Source: Octopus vulgaris
Taxonomy: Eukaryota
Direction of reading: 5' to 3'
DNA: 64,000 bases
Assembly: GCA_951406725.2 (NCBI GenBank)
Contig: OX597826.1
Location: forward strand, 40,920,001-40,984,000
A program made the translations under genes and the position numbers. Below the pieces are notes generated by a model that was not told where the DNA came from, did not search any database, and worked only from the letters and a program-made list of their open reading frames with translations. Of the stretch, positions 39,588 through 52,295 are shown piece after piece. Numbering within the stretch: position 1 is the stretch's first letter; each line of letters begins with the position of its first letter.

Positions 39588-40674
39588 GAATGAATGGATA
39601 TACATGTAGGTGTCGCTTTACTGCCTTGTTTTTTTACAAGAGACATATTTTCCACAGTCACCGCCTTAGCCATCATCAGACGGTGTTGTATGTATAACCT
39701 TGACAGACTATGGTAATTTAATACTAATGTTAGTATAGCCTGTTATTTAGATTGTATATTATTTCATTTTTGTTTATTTAATTGACACTCGCTTCTCGCC
39801 ACCTTTTTTTTGATGCCCAAGTAGGCCTTGAATCAACATATTCCTCCCTGACCATCTTCACCGCTTTAGGCATAGTATTTCTACACTATCCAGTGTGTCC
39901 TTTTTAAAGATGATTGTGTGTAATTTGAGGAAGATTTGGCTGCTGTTTCCTACACATCAAGTGACCAGCCTTTGCTCGTGTGTGTAAAATGTTTCTGTTA
40001 AATTTATGCTTATAGTTCCCTTTACATTTACTTTAATTCATAAATAGTAAGGTAATGTTAAGGGAAGAATATGGCATTTGTATTCACTATACTGCTATTA
40101 ATGCGTGGCGCCTTGGACAAGTGTCTTCCAGTCTCGGGTAGCTTAATATCTTGTAAAATTTGGTAGAAAATTTGGTATCTTGTAAAATTTGGTAGAAAAA
40201 CACCGTACAGTTCATATGTATATAAATGCGTGTGTGCATGTCTGCATTGACACACTTGAGCAGTCAAGTGGTGAGCTGACACAATCGTTAGCACGGAGGG
40301 TAAAATGCTTAGCGGCATTTAGTCCGTCTTTACGTTCTGAGTTCAAATTCCACCAAGGTCGACTTTGCCTTAACATTTTTTTAAGGTCGATAAAATAAGT
40401 ACCAGTTGAACAGTGGGGTCGATGTAATCGACTTCCCCCTTCCTCGAAATTGCTGGCCTTGTGCCAAAATTTGAAATCAATATTTGTTTATACCCCTACA
40501 TAAAACAAGCCTGTGCTTCAGCTCATTGATTCAGTATGCAAATTCCATTGGAATAAAATACCTTGGATGAGGGGTTTGTATCAGGAAGGACATCTAGCCC
40601 CCAAAGAATACTTCCCGTTGGCTGCATGAAAGAGATGACCAAATACACAACAATGCTGATAATTATATCTTATT

Positions 40675-40976
40675 TTTTTATGCGCCCTTTTCAAGCCTAG
40701 CCAGGCTCATGGGCCCGGTTTCTGTGGCGTATATGTGTTCCCCCCAGCTGGACAGGACACCAGTCCATCGCAGCATTACTCAAGAAACAGGAAGAAAGAG
40801 TGAGAGAAAGTTGGGGCGAAAGAACACAACAGGGGTCACCACCACCCCCTGCCAGAGCCTCGTGGAGCTTTAGGTGTTTTCGCTCAATAAACACACACAA
40901 CGCCCGGTCTGGGAATCGAAACCGCAATCCTCCGACCGCGAGTCTGCTGCCCTAACCACTGAGCCATTGTGCCTCC
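40675..40976 (-). mobile_element. tRNA-derived SINE (family A, alternative tail)
   Basis: Same head as 37484; tail resembles the 3850 copy. Confidence 0.85.
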
Positions 40977-41364
40977 GATAATATATATATATATATATAT
41001 ATATATACTGATTTTACATTTTGGCACAAGGCCAACAATTTTGGGGGAGGGGATAATTTGACTGCATCAACACCAGTGCTCAACTGATCCTTAAAAGATT
41101 GATCCCTAAAAGATTGAAAGGCAAAGTCAACCTCAGCGGAATTTGAACTCAGGATGTAAAGACAGATACAACAGTGCTAAGCATTTTGCCTGGCATGCTA
41201 ACAATTCTGCCAGCTCACTTTATATATATTCAGAGTAGTAAGAGCTTGGTTCAACTAAAATAAAATAGAATATTTATGCATAAGCATGGTTGTGCAGTAG
41301 AAAGTTTGCTTCCCAACCACATGGTTCCAGGTTCAGTTCCACTGTGTGTTACCTTGGGTAACCT

Positions 41365-41416
<52 letters not shown>

Positions 41417-41831
41417 CTTAGGCAAAAGAAGGCAGTCGAGATTTGGATAAAAATTATTTATTTAACACTTTCATCCCTTTCAGGGATTCATCATGCAAGA
41501 TTTCTTACTGGAAGTTAGTTGAAAAAAATCCTGAGTTGAATTTTGTTTCCCTGGGTTCGGGAAAACATCCTCTTTCCAAAACTCGAGGAAATAATTTCAT
41601 CAGTTGACAGCCGTCATCCTATAGGATGAAATCAACTGATGAAATAACAATATTCATCTCATACCTCCTGACTTTCTTTATATTCTATATGCTCCTCATG
41701 AAATAATTTTCACTGATTGGATTCACTGGATTTCAACTGCTCTCCTATGTATTGGTTTACTTTGTGGTTTATAGCCAGGTCCACTGAAGGAGCTTTTTTG
41801 TGATTACCACTGGATTATATAAATCCATATA

Positions 41832-42192
41832 TTACTCTTTTACTTGTTTCAGTCATTTGACTGCGGCCATGCTGGAGCACTGCCTTTAGTCGAGCAAATC
41901 GACCCCGGGACTTATTCTTTGTAAGCCCAGCACTTATTCTATTGGTCTTTTTTTGCCGAACCGCTAGGTGACGGGGACGTAAACACACCAGCATCGGTTG
42001 TCAAGCAATGCTAGGGAGACAAACACACACATACATATACGTATATATACATATATACGACAGGCTTCTTTCAGTTTCCGTCTACCAAATCCACTCACAA
42101 GGCATTGGTCGGCCCGGGGCTATAGCAGAAGACCCACGCAGTGGGACTGAACCTGGAACCATGTGGTTGGTTAGCAAGCTACTTACCACACA
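41832..42192 (-). mobile_element. SINE (family C) with CR1-like tail
   Basis: Near-identical to 54358-54736 apart from a short internal deletion. Confidence 0.88.
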
Positions 42193-42844
42193 AGAAAAAA
42201 AGTACTCTTTATCACAGATAAATAATATTCTATTTTGTTGAAGGGGAAACTCAGAGTAGTAAGAGCTTGGTTCAACTAAAACAAAATAAAATATATTTAT
42301 GCACAAGCATGGTTGTGCAGTAGAAAGTTTGCTTCCCAACCACATGGTTCCAGGTTCAGTTCCACTGTGTGTTACCTTGGATAAGTGTCTTCCACTCAAG
42401 CCCTGGTTCGATCAAAGCCTTTTGAGTGGACTTGGTGGATGGAAACTGAAACAATCCCATCATGTATATCTATTAGTATACATTTGTGCATGTTTGTCCC
42501 CCACCACTGCCTTAATCTGGTGTTGCTTTGTTTACATCCCCGTAGCTGCAGTTTGGCAAAATTGACTGTAGAATAAGCATCAAGCTTACAAATTCATAAT
42601 TGCTGGGGTCAGTTTGTTCTGTTAAACCCTTCAAGATGGTGCCCCAGCATGGCCACAATCTAATGACTGAAACAAATAAAAGAACATCTGTATTACGCAA
42701 TGTCTATTATTCACATGGTATTGGTCAGCATGAAACCACAGTAAAAAATATTTACTTAAGATGCATGGGATCAAATCTAGACCAAACATCTTAACAACAA
42801 AGCAAAGTTAGTCTTGTTTTTTCTCTTTTTTTCTTCTCCAGCTT

Positions 42845-43000
42845 ATGAAGAATTTCATGGCAGGATTGCGACTGGCATTTAATTTTGGTTTCTGGAACCC
42901 TTTACAATCAGAATGGACCTTTGCTGCTCAGTGTATCCAACCTGAAGAAAAAGAACGTATTTCTCAGTTCATGTTCCAAAAAGATGCCAAAGCTGCAATG
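42845..43000 (+). CDS. AASDHPPT: AASDHPPT (4'-phosphopantetheinyl transferase) coding exon 1
   Basis: MAGLRLAFNFGFWNPLQSEWTFAAQCIQPEEKERISQFMFQKDAKAAM matches the family N-terminus (IQPEEKERI.QF.F..DAKAAM); acceptor ttctccag ends 42841; donor gtaagt at 43001; phase 0. Confidence 0.95.
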
Positions 43001-43504
43001 GTAAGTCTTACTCTTTTACTTGTTTCAGTCATTTTGACTGCGGCCATGCTGGAGCACCACATCTTGGTAGAAATTTATTTCTAGACACGAAGTTTCCACA
43101 CCTGGAGTAGGGTAGGGGTGTGAATTATGATGGAGGAAGGTTGGCTGATTAGAGGTGAGTTGTGTTGTGGGGAGAGACTGAAGAGTGTTGGTGTGAGAGT
43201 ACTATTATTATTATTGTTGATAAAGCTGTAAGCTGACAGAATTGTTAACACACTGGAAAAAATGTTTAGTGATATTTCACCCGTCACTATGTTCTGAGTT
43301 CAAATTCCACTGAGGTCAACTTTGCCTTTCATCCTTTTGGGGTCGATAAAATAAGTGCCAGTTGAACACTGGGGTTGATGTAATCGACTCATCCCCACCT
43401 TCCCCAAGCTGCCCTTGTGGCAAAAATTTGAAATAATTATTATTGTAGAAATATTACATTTCTAAATCTCTGAGAAAGATTTATACTGTAGCAGCACGAT
43501 AAAG

Positions 43505-43884
43505 TGATGGTATGTTGTCAACTTAATGTGACAGTCTCATGAAAGAGACGAATGCTGCTGCTATTTAGTTCTAGGAAACACCGTTTCCTGTTGGCCATGA
43601 TACATTTTCTGTGTCCTTGTTTTCAGAGGGGGAGATAAGCACCTCCACTCAGCATCCAGAGACTAGTTTCAGAGTCATTGCTCATCATCAGTCTGGAGTA
43701 GCATGGCTTGCTAGCTGTCTGGATGCTGGCTTTGCTGGGTAGAGGTGCTTATCTCCCCCTTTAAAAATATAAGGATGCAGAAAATGTGTTATGGCCAACA
43801 GGAAACAGTGTTTCCTGGGGCTAAATAGCAGTAGCATTCTTCCCTTTCATGGGACTATCACATTAAGTTGACTGCATACCGTCA
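43505..43884. repeat. Long imperfect inverted repeat in AASDHPPT intron (arms 43505-43660 and 43718-43884)
   Basis: Arms align by eye along their whole length, with mostly transition differences and small indels. Confidence 0.95.
43655..43697 (-). ncRNA. Minimal type I hammerhead ribozyme motif, intact core
   Basis: tccaga-CTGATGA-t-gag-caatga-ctc-t-GAAAC-TA-GTC^tctgga: perfect 6-bp stem I, 3-bp stem II, palindromic ACTAGT stem III, GUC cleavage triplet. Confidence 0.75.
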
Positions 43885-45217
43885 TAATTATTATTGTTGT
43901 TCAGAAAGGTAACAAGCTGACAGAATCATTAGCACACTGGGCAAAATGCTTAGCAGCATTTCATCCGTCCTTACGTTTTGTCTGTCGTCCTTTCAGGGTT
44001 GATAAATTAAGTACCAGTAGAGTACTAGAGTCAATGTAATCAAATTTACCCCTATCCCCAAAATTCAGGTCTTGTACCTATAGTAGAAAGGATTATTATA
44101 GTTGTTTAGCCCCTAGGTCAGCCTAAGTGAGCAAACATTTAAGTAAAGACCATATAGACCCTCATACAATCCTAATTTTAAAATATGTACATAATGTCCT
44201 TCATCATCATCATCATCATTTAATGTCCGTTTTCCATGCTGGCATCGATTAGACGGTTTGACTGCAACTGGTATGCCAGAGAGCTGCACCAGGCTCCAGT
44301 CATCTGTTTTGGCTTGGTTTCTATAGCTGGATACCCTTCCTAACACCAACCACTTTACAGAAGGTACAGGGTGCACTTATGTGCCACCCCATTGGTGCTT
44401 TTTACATGCCACCAGCACTGACTATGACCACAATTCACTTAGCTGGACATGTCTTCCCATGCACAGCAAATCGCCAGAACCCTCAGTCATTTGTGTCATT
44501 AATGATGGCTAAAAGGGTTCATAACAGGTTTGGCATCCAGTTATGCCTCAGAAAAACCATCCCGTCCATGTCAGCTTGGGAGGTCTTAAAATGATGATGT
44601 AATATATACAGAGAGAGACAGACAGACAGCAGACAACCTGAATAAATTCACACCACCAGAGGTTAGTAATACTGTGAATCATAAGTATATTGAATTCTAA
44701 TAACTGGTTACTTTATGTGTTTGTGTGTGTGTATTATTCACCTACTTTTAAGTATATAACCACCTTTGTCACATCACCATAGACAGTCTTTGGATTTACT
44801 TTTGCCATATTCCTGGCACGCAAATCTGGTTTATTGCCCTTCTGGGTCTTTTGTAATTGCAGTTGAAGCTCATAAAGTAAAAACAAGAATAATAAATTTC
44901 TATGAATACAAAAATTAATGGAACTCTGAGCTTAGTATGATGAAATACATTAAATTGTTACATGGTCACATGATCAGCTAAAAAAAAGGAGCCAAATCTC
45001 CTTCACATCACACACTTCCACCTAAAAAAAATGAAAGCACCTATTGCATAATGTAGTCCTATACACGCAATGGATGAGATGGTCGAGGATGGATCACCTT
45101 TGATCATAAGCCAGAGTCAGGGCTGACAAGGGATCAAACTATAAAATATTTGCCAATTAACTTATCAATGACATAACTATTCATCCTTTCTTTCTTTGTC
45201 TTTCTCTAATTTTCTAG

Positions 45218-45446
45218 GCTGGTCGTTTGTTAATCCGTAAATCTCTGAGTAGTTTACTGCAAGTCCCCTACTCCTCATTGGTACTAAGCCGGACTGACAA
45301 AGGAAAGCCATATCTATCATCTGTAGGCAATGCTCTCAGCAATACTTCACCCCATTTCAATATTGCCCACCATGGCAATTTCACTGTCTTAGCTACCCAC
45401 CCAAATGTTGACATTGGGGTAGACGTCATGAAAGTAGAACAACCAA
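45218..45446 (+). CDS. AASDHPPT: AASDHPPT coding exon 2
   Basis: AGRLLIRK...RTDKGKPYL...FNIAHHGNFTVLA...IGVDVMK; acceptor tttctag; donor gtaggt at 45447 gives phase 1, matching the next exon. Confidence 0.93.
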
Positions 45447-46744
45447 GTAGGTAAACAGGTATTTTTTTGCTTTGTTTTCATTTGTTATATTTGTAACACT
45501 AGCAGTTGTTGTTGTTATTGCTTAACCCCAGGTGTGCCCTTCTTGAACAGATGTAAGATCAAAGACATTCCAGCTGGGAACATCTCTCCATATCTGTGAC
45601 TACTTCATTCTATACAAACTTCCCTTCAATCGCTCACTCTTGCTAGAAATAGCAGCCAAATCTCCCTCCCTCAAATTGCACTCTATTACCATTTTCTTAT
45701 TTGATCAAGCTGACCCATGATCAAAAGCATACCAACCATGATCATCCTGCCTTTCCCTAAAACAGAACTACATTTATTTTTTGACGATAGGAGAGTGTAG
45801 GGATTTGAGGGAAATTTGGCTGCTATTTCTAACAGGTCAGGGGAGCCACATAATTGTTGTTGCTTGTGTTGCATCCCTTTATGTCCCATAACCTAGCTGT
45901 TTGACAAGTAGATATCAATAAAATGGATGCTAGGTTGAAGAAAATACAAAGGTTGATGTAGGCAACTAAATTTTTAAAGGTAGTACTCCAGCTTGGCCGC
46001 AATCTGTTAAAACCATAAAACAATACTCTTGTGTTACACACAACTGTATACATGTATACTTGTGTGTATATGTGCTCATACAACTGTGTGTACATGTGTA
46101 GATACAACTGGATTTATGTATGTTTATATATGCATACAATTTCATGCATATTGTATATATGTATATCTATGCGTATTTCATTTGGCAAGGTATAGCACCT
46201 GTTCAGCCACCCTGCCAGTGATACAACAAAGTCATGGGACTGCAGCAAGGCAGATTGTGAAGAGGTAGCAGAAGAGCTCAACTGAGCCAATGGTGCTTCG
46301 CACATTGATACTAAGCAGAGGAATCCTAGAAGATCAATGGTCAGGATTACCCAGCTCTATGAAGAGAGTAACTACAGTACATCCATAGGGGCAGCATCCC
46401 TGGTTGTGTAATTAGATATTCACTATGACTCAAGCTCCCAATACAAACATACAGTATATATATATATATATATATATACATACATATGTAATAATACATA
46501 TTATTAAGGCGGCAAGCTGTCAGAATTCTTAGCAGTATTTTTCCTGTCTTTACATTGAGTTCAAATTCTGCCAAGTCAACTTTGCTTGTCATCATTTTAG
46601 GGTCAGTAATATATCAACCAGTTGAACACTGGGTCAATGTAATCAATTAGCCCCACTTCCACTCCCCTCCCCTCAAATTTCAGGCCTTATGCCTATAGTT
46701 GAAAAGATTATTATTATAAGAGTATAAGAGATTACTTCTTCTCA

Positions 46745-46898
46745 TGGAGTGGTTGGCGTTAGGAAGGGCATCCAGCCGTAGAAACATTGCCAGATCAAAC
46801 TGGGCCTGGTGCAGCCTTCTGGCTTCCCAGACCCCAGTTAAACCGTCGAACCCATGCTAGCATGGAAAGCGGACGCTAAACGATGATGATGATGATGA
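46745..46898 (+). mobile_element. Retroposon 3' fragment with (GAT)n tail (family D)
   Basis: ggagtggttggcgttaggaagggcatccagc...agcatggaaagcggacg..aaacgatgatgat; diverged copies at ~44200-44360 (-) and 49770-49910 (+). Confidence 0.75.
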
Positions 46899-47068
46899 TA
46901 TGTGTGTACATGTATACATGTGTATGAGTTTGTCTTTCATCCTATACTTGTTTAAATCATTAAACTGCAGCCATACTGGGGCATTGTCTTGTAGGGTTTC
47001 AGTTGAGCAAATCGATCTCAGAACTTTACATTTGTTTAAAGCCAAGTACAAATTCATAACAGAATTGG

Positions 47069-47300
47069 ATGGCGGTGAGCTGGCAGAAACGTTAGCACGC
47101 CGGGTGAAATGCGTAGCCGTATTTCATCCGCCGTTACATTCTGAGTTCAAATTCCGCCAAGGTCGACTTTGCCTTTCATCCTTTCAGGGTCGATTAAATA
47201 AGTACCAGTTACGCACTGGGGTCGATATAATCGACTTAATCTGTTTGTCTGTCCTTGTTTGTCTTCTCTGTGTTTAGCCCCTTGTGGGTAGTAAAGAAAT
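47069..47300 (+). mobile_element. Full-length SINE (family B); central part resembles the Meta/MESC domain
   Basis: Best-preserved copy; flanked by agaattggatggc on both sides (TSD-like); many degenerate copies, e.g. near 6300, 26160, 40265, 41020, 43220, 53800 and 58250-59600. Confidence 0.85.
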
Positions 47301-47517
47301 AAGAATTGGATGGCAACAGAGACATGGGAATCTGCAAAAGCAGCACAACCAAAGAAGAGATCTGTGTGTAAACTTAAGCATGTGTATGTGGATGTTTTGT
47401 TTCACTGTTCTTCCCCAATTGCAAAGCATACCTTCCTATGCACTTTGTTTAGCTCCATATAAGGAAGCTTCCAGAAAAAAATTTCCTACTAGTTCTTCCA
47501 CATGGAATCTATTTCAG

Positions 47518-47639
47518 TGGGAAGAACTATCAAGAAATTCTTCCATGATATGAGACGACAGTTCACTGAGCTTGAGTGGAGAGTGATCCAGTCAGCAGGA
47601 AGTGAATTCAACCAGCTCCTCATGTTTTACAGACATTGG
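47518..47639 (+). CDS. AASDHPPT: AASDHPPT coding exon 3
   Basis: GRTIKKFFHDMRRQFTELEWRVIQS...QLLMFYRHW; acceptor tttcag, donor gtatgt. Confidence 0.95.
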
Positions 47640-48298
47640 GTATGTATTTATTATTATCAGATCAAAGAAATCTGTAGAACAATGAACAAAATGCATTATG
47701 GTTTTTAATTACATCTGTTTACATTCAGAGTTCAAATCCTGTTGAAGTTGACATTATATTTTATTCTTCCTGGGACAATAAAATAGATACCACTAAAGTA
47801 TTGGAAGTCAATTTAAAACACAATACATCAAGTTTGTGGCTTAGTTCCTATATTCCAGCTATCAATTGAACGGGAATCATTCTCAATAATTTTCAGTTCC
47901 TTTCTTCAACACTCCTAGTGTTCCTACAATCACTAATGTTGTAACCACCTTGAAGTGTCACATTTTTCAATTTCAATTTATATTTTGTGAGCTAGTCAAA
48001 TTCTTTTGCCAAGATATGATCACAAGGAATGCTAATGTTGATCAATAAACAAACTTTACTGTTTTGGTCTAACCCATGCTAGCATGGAAAGCGGATGTTA
48101 AACAATGATCTGGTTTATTAGCTTTGATGGTTCAGTCTCTCTGTACTGGAAAGTCCCAAAGAATCATTGCATTTTCTCCCTCAGTTACAGCCTCAAGGTG
48201 GTGTTGGCAGTTTTGATTATATAATGCCAACATATTAACCAGTCTAGATATTATTATTGTCATAATAATCATTATCATAATTATCATCATTTTTGCAG

Positions 48299-48565
48299 TG
48301 TTTGAAAGAAAGTATGGTTAAATGTCTTGGAGCTGGAATTGGTTTCGGCCTGGACAGGTTAGAATTTCACGTATCCAGTCCTCTACTGACCAGTGGCAAC
48401 ACTGTTACTGACACAGTTCTCTTGTTGGATGGTAAAATCAACAAAGAGTGGACATTTGAAGAGACTCTACTGGAAGGTGACCACTGCATTGCCATAGCTT
48501 ACCAATATCTTACACCACAGAACCATCTTACAGCACAAGAAACCAAAACAAACCACAATGAAAAG
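48299..48565 (+). CDS. AASDHPPT: AASDHPPT coding exon 4
   Basis: CLKESMVKCLGAGIGFGLDRLEF...EWTFEETLLEGDHCIAIA completes the W.LKES..K motif; acceptor ttgcag; donor AAG/gttttt is weak, and an in-phase alternative ends at 48574. Confidence 0.88.
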
Positions 48566-50197
48566 GTTTTTCAAGTTTTTTTCTTCTTTTTATGTGTGAA
48601 CAGTGGAATTTTTTTTTAAATAAACCTGTTTTTTTGTATCTCCAAGAATAGGGGGAGGAAACTTTCCTTGTTTGTATGTGTGGGTAGGGTTTTGTTGTTT
48701 AACACCAAGTCTATATTTAGCCAGGAGATTTATGATCAAAGGTATTTCTGTCATAACTATTATGTTTGTTGACTGATGTTTGATCTTTTCTTCAAGCACA
48801 ATGTATCCAGAATTACATTATCCGACTTGTCTATCCTTGTAATGAGATATAGGGCTGTAATTTGATGAACATTTGGTTGCTATTCCTAGCAGGTTGATCT
48901 ACCACATAAAGGTTTTCTCATTGTTTTGACTGATGTTGTTAAACCCCAGATCAACCTTGTTACAGGAGACCTATGATCAAAAGGGTTTCAGCTATGACCA
49001 TCCTGCCTTTTTAAGCAGTCTTTATACATCAAAAAGTACATTATCGAATATATCCTTCAGACTGTGATTGGTTAGATTATTGTAGTTGGTGGGGGTGGGG
49101 GTGTTTAACCCTAGGTCAGCCCCACACAGCAGACCTGTGATCAAATACATTCCAGCTTTTATATTTCTATATATTGTAGTATCTAGTACTACATTTACAT
49201 TGTGTCCTTCCTTTTTTAAGCTAGTAGAGTATGATTTGGTTACTATTTCTTGCATGTTGAATGACCACTAACTGTCCTCACTGCTGCTTCTCATGTGAAT
49301 CATGAAGTGGTTCCTGTACTTATACCACCCTGCAGTGCATCTTTACACATGAGTGGACTCAACTATTTAGAGCCAAATGCCTCAGTAACTGCAGCAGGAT
49401 TACAGGAACACCTTCATGTCTTCACTGGTTCACCATATCCACCCACAGATCAGGTCTAACTGAACAAATCTATGATCTGAAGCATTCCAACTGTGACTAT
49501 CTCCTCTCTTAGTGTATCAGTTTCTAATAAATGTAATGTACTTTGGGCCTCACAGAGGGGATGACAGGAAACCAAGACTTCTGGCAATTCGCTATGCTCG
49601 AGAATATATGTCAAGGTCAGTAAATACTTGGTTGTCCTTGCATACAGATATGTCCCCTGCATCCCTTCCTTTTCAGCTGGCATTCCCAATCCTGCAAGCT
49701 AGTGGGTGCCAGTGCGTTGTGAAGAGCACTTGTGCCAGTGCTGCATAATAGCACCCAGTACGCTATGCTGAGTGGTTGGCATTAGGAAGGGCATCCAGTT
49801 ATAGAAAGCATGCCAAAACAGGCATGGAGCTCGGGCAGCCCTCCAGCTGACCATCTTCTGTCAAACCATCCAACCCATTACAGCATGGAAAATGGACATT
49901 AAACAATGATGGTTGTGATGTTTGTGGTCATGGTGGACAGTAGAGTATGATGCAAGAGAGATTTGGATACTATTTTTAACTCATTAAATATGTAGAGCCT
50001 CTCTTATTTGCCCAATCCAAATATATTCAGGGCATAAAACAAATGCCCCCCCCCCCCTCATTTAAAACAGTAGGGTGTTGGGTCAGAGAAAATGTGGTTG
50101 ACATCTTAAAATCTTTGTTGTCTTGCATAGAAACATTAAATGACATTTCTAGATTTGAAAACAAAATAAAAATTATTTTATCTTTTTGTTTTTTCAG

Positions 50198-50368
50198 GAA
50201 TCACAACAAAGTCTCATTGAAGCTTCAACTGTTAAACCATTTAGAATTCTTTCCTTTCAAGAACTGATAGCCAATGCCATGCCACAGACACCAGCTGATC
50301 TCGAATACTGGCAGAACTTTGATTCCAAACTAGAAAGACCCAAAAAACAACAGGAATCAGTCACGTAA
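50198..50368 (+). CDS. AASDHPPT: AASDHPPT coding exon 5 (terminal)
   Basis: PFRILSFQELIANAMPQTPADLEYWQNF matches the family C-terminus; acceptor ttttcag; the joined CDS is 945 nt (314 aa) with no internal stop. Confidence 0.92.
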   Translation, partial: ESQQSLIEASTVKPFRILSFQELIANAMPQTPADLEYWQNFDSKLERPKKQQESVT

Positions 50369-50731
50369 ACTTTCAATGTGCAATTGCTCTGTGTGCATCA
50401 CTACATGTGTATGTGTGTGTGTATATATAGATATATATATATATATATATAATCTCCAGGATTCGAGAGAATCAGGTATTTAAATGGTGAAAGCACCAAG
50501 GTCAGGCCAGTTATAGTACTATCTTGTACAAACAATGTATAATGACAAATACTCACTCACTAAAGTAAACATGGATTTGTTCTCCAGTTATGCAAACATT
50601 TACAAGCAGCTGTCTGAATATACAATGAGTCATCAAGGTCACACATGGATACACTCACTGCACCTATTGATCCGTCGTCTATAAACACTAGATCCCAACA
50701 AATTGCATGATCCAAGTTAGGTGAAGGACGA

Positions 50732-50910
50732 ACAATAACACATGGATTGTGGTTCACATCAGCTGTTTCAGGCATGTTATTTTATTGATGAAGAGAAGTG
50801 TTATATCTTGTGGGGTGTTTACAGGATGTAACACTGCTATTCATCAATGAAAAAAAACATGTCTGAAACAGCTACAACAAACCACAATCCATCTGTATTA
50901 TTTTATTGTT
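50732..50910. repeat. Imperfect inverted repeat (~75-80-bp arms, 9-nt loop) downstream of the AASDHPPT stop
   Basis: atggattgtggt...agctgtttcaggcatgtt...agtgttatatcttgt pairs with acaggatgtaacact...aacatgtctgaaacagct...accacaatccat. Confidence 0.9.
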
Positions 50911-52289
50911 TTGGATTTACACTCCCAAAAAATATACATAATCCAAATAAGCAAACCAGGATTTACCCATCAGAAGAATTACTGTGGGATTACTTAATGT
51001 AAGCAATATTTAGTGCTTCTTACTACTTGATATGTTTAGCCAAAACATGGAATATACCTCAGAGCACTTATGGTACCCGCCTGGATAATTTATTATATTC
51101 TCATCATGTGTTTGTGTGTGTGTATATATATAAATATATAAAAGAGAAAAATGGGATTTTAAAATCCTAGCAGATATCAATTAAGCAATCTGTAGGAATA
51201 AGGTTAAATTTCCAACAATCAGATACCAACAAATGTAAGTAGAATGCAAATCCCAAGTAAATCTTCATATATGGCAGGTTAATCCAACAATTCTTTTGTG
51301 GAATTTTAAGAAATTCAGAATATTTAATAACAACAAATAATATGTACACAGAAAATCATATCATATCTGAGATCACATCTTTAAAATACAATTGTTTCAA
51401 TTACATTAACATATAAACACACACATGTGCGTGCATATATATATAGTTAATATATACATATAGCATTTATTAACAGCTAAAATTATTTCAGACGTTCAGT
51501 TGGAATTGCAGCAATTTGGATTACTTTGATAATATTTTATATTTATATATATATGTGTGTGTTGTGTATGTTAATGCAAGTGAAACAATTGTTGGATTTT
51601 TAAGCTGATAGATAGACAGACATTTATTTATTCATTTACATTTACATGACCCAACAAGATGGGGTACCCTTGAAAATTGGTCTGCTCAGTTAACATTTAT
51701 ACACTCATATCATCAAATGATTATAAAGTTTATTTCACAATTAAGGTCTCAAGTTCAATCCCACTGTGAAGCTGTATGCAACTGAATTTGCAGTTTGATA
51801 ATTGTGTTTGTATGAAACTCAATTTTTGAGTCATTTATGTAGCTTCTGAGCTATAATTAAATTATATATTCATGTGTGTGTGTGGGTTCAACAAAATCTC
51901 TATAAACTAGAAATCCTTAAACAAGTATTACCTTTACCAAGATTAGAATCCCTATGAAGGACAACCATGCAGTATCAATGTGTGTGTGTGTGCACATGGC
52001 TGACTTAATACATTTTATAGATAGATAGATAGTGTGTCAAGAATAAGTCAGCCATGTGGATGAACCATGTCTCTCCTGGTAATCATGAGAGAAAAATTAC
52101 AGGAACTAGGAAAGTGAAATAAAATTGTACAAGTAAAGATCATTCATGCATGTCAGACTTGTCACCAGGTGCTCTACACTCCTCTGTGGTATACAGATAC
52201 ACCACACTCACCCTCTCTGTTTATTTATCTCTAAACAATGTGTTTGGAACATGAGATTAAGAATAAGTTGATTTTTATAATTGTTTTGC

Positions 52290-52295
52290 AATAAA
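52290..52295 (+). terminator. Candidate AASDHPPT polyadenylation signal
   Basis: AATAAA followed by T-rich sequence ~1.9 kb after the stop; other AATAAA hexamers lie nearby, so the choice is uncertain. Confidence 0.3.

Noticed and set aside
45447-45456. Alternative donor AG/gtaaac at 45451 for AASDHPPT exon 2
   Set aside because: It gives phase 2, which is incompatible with the phase-1 acceptor of the next exon.
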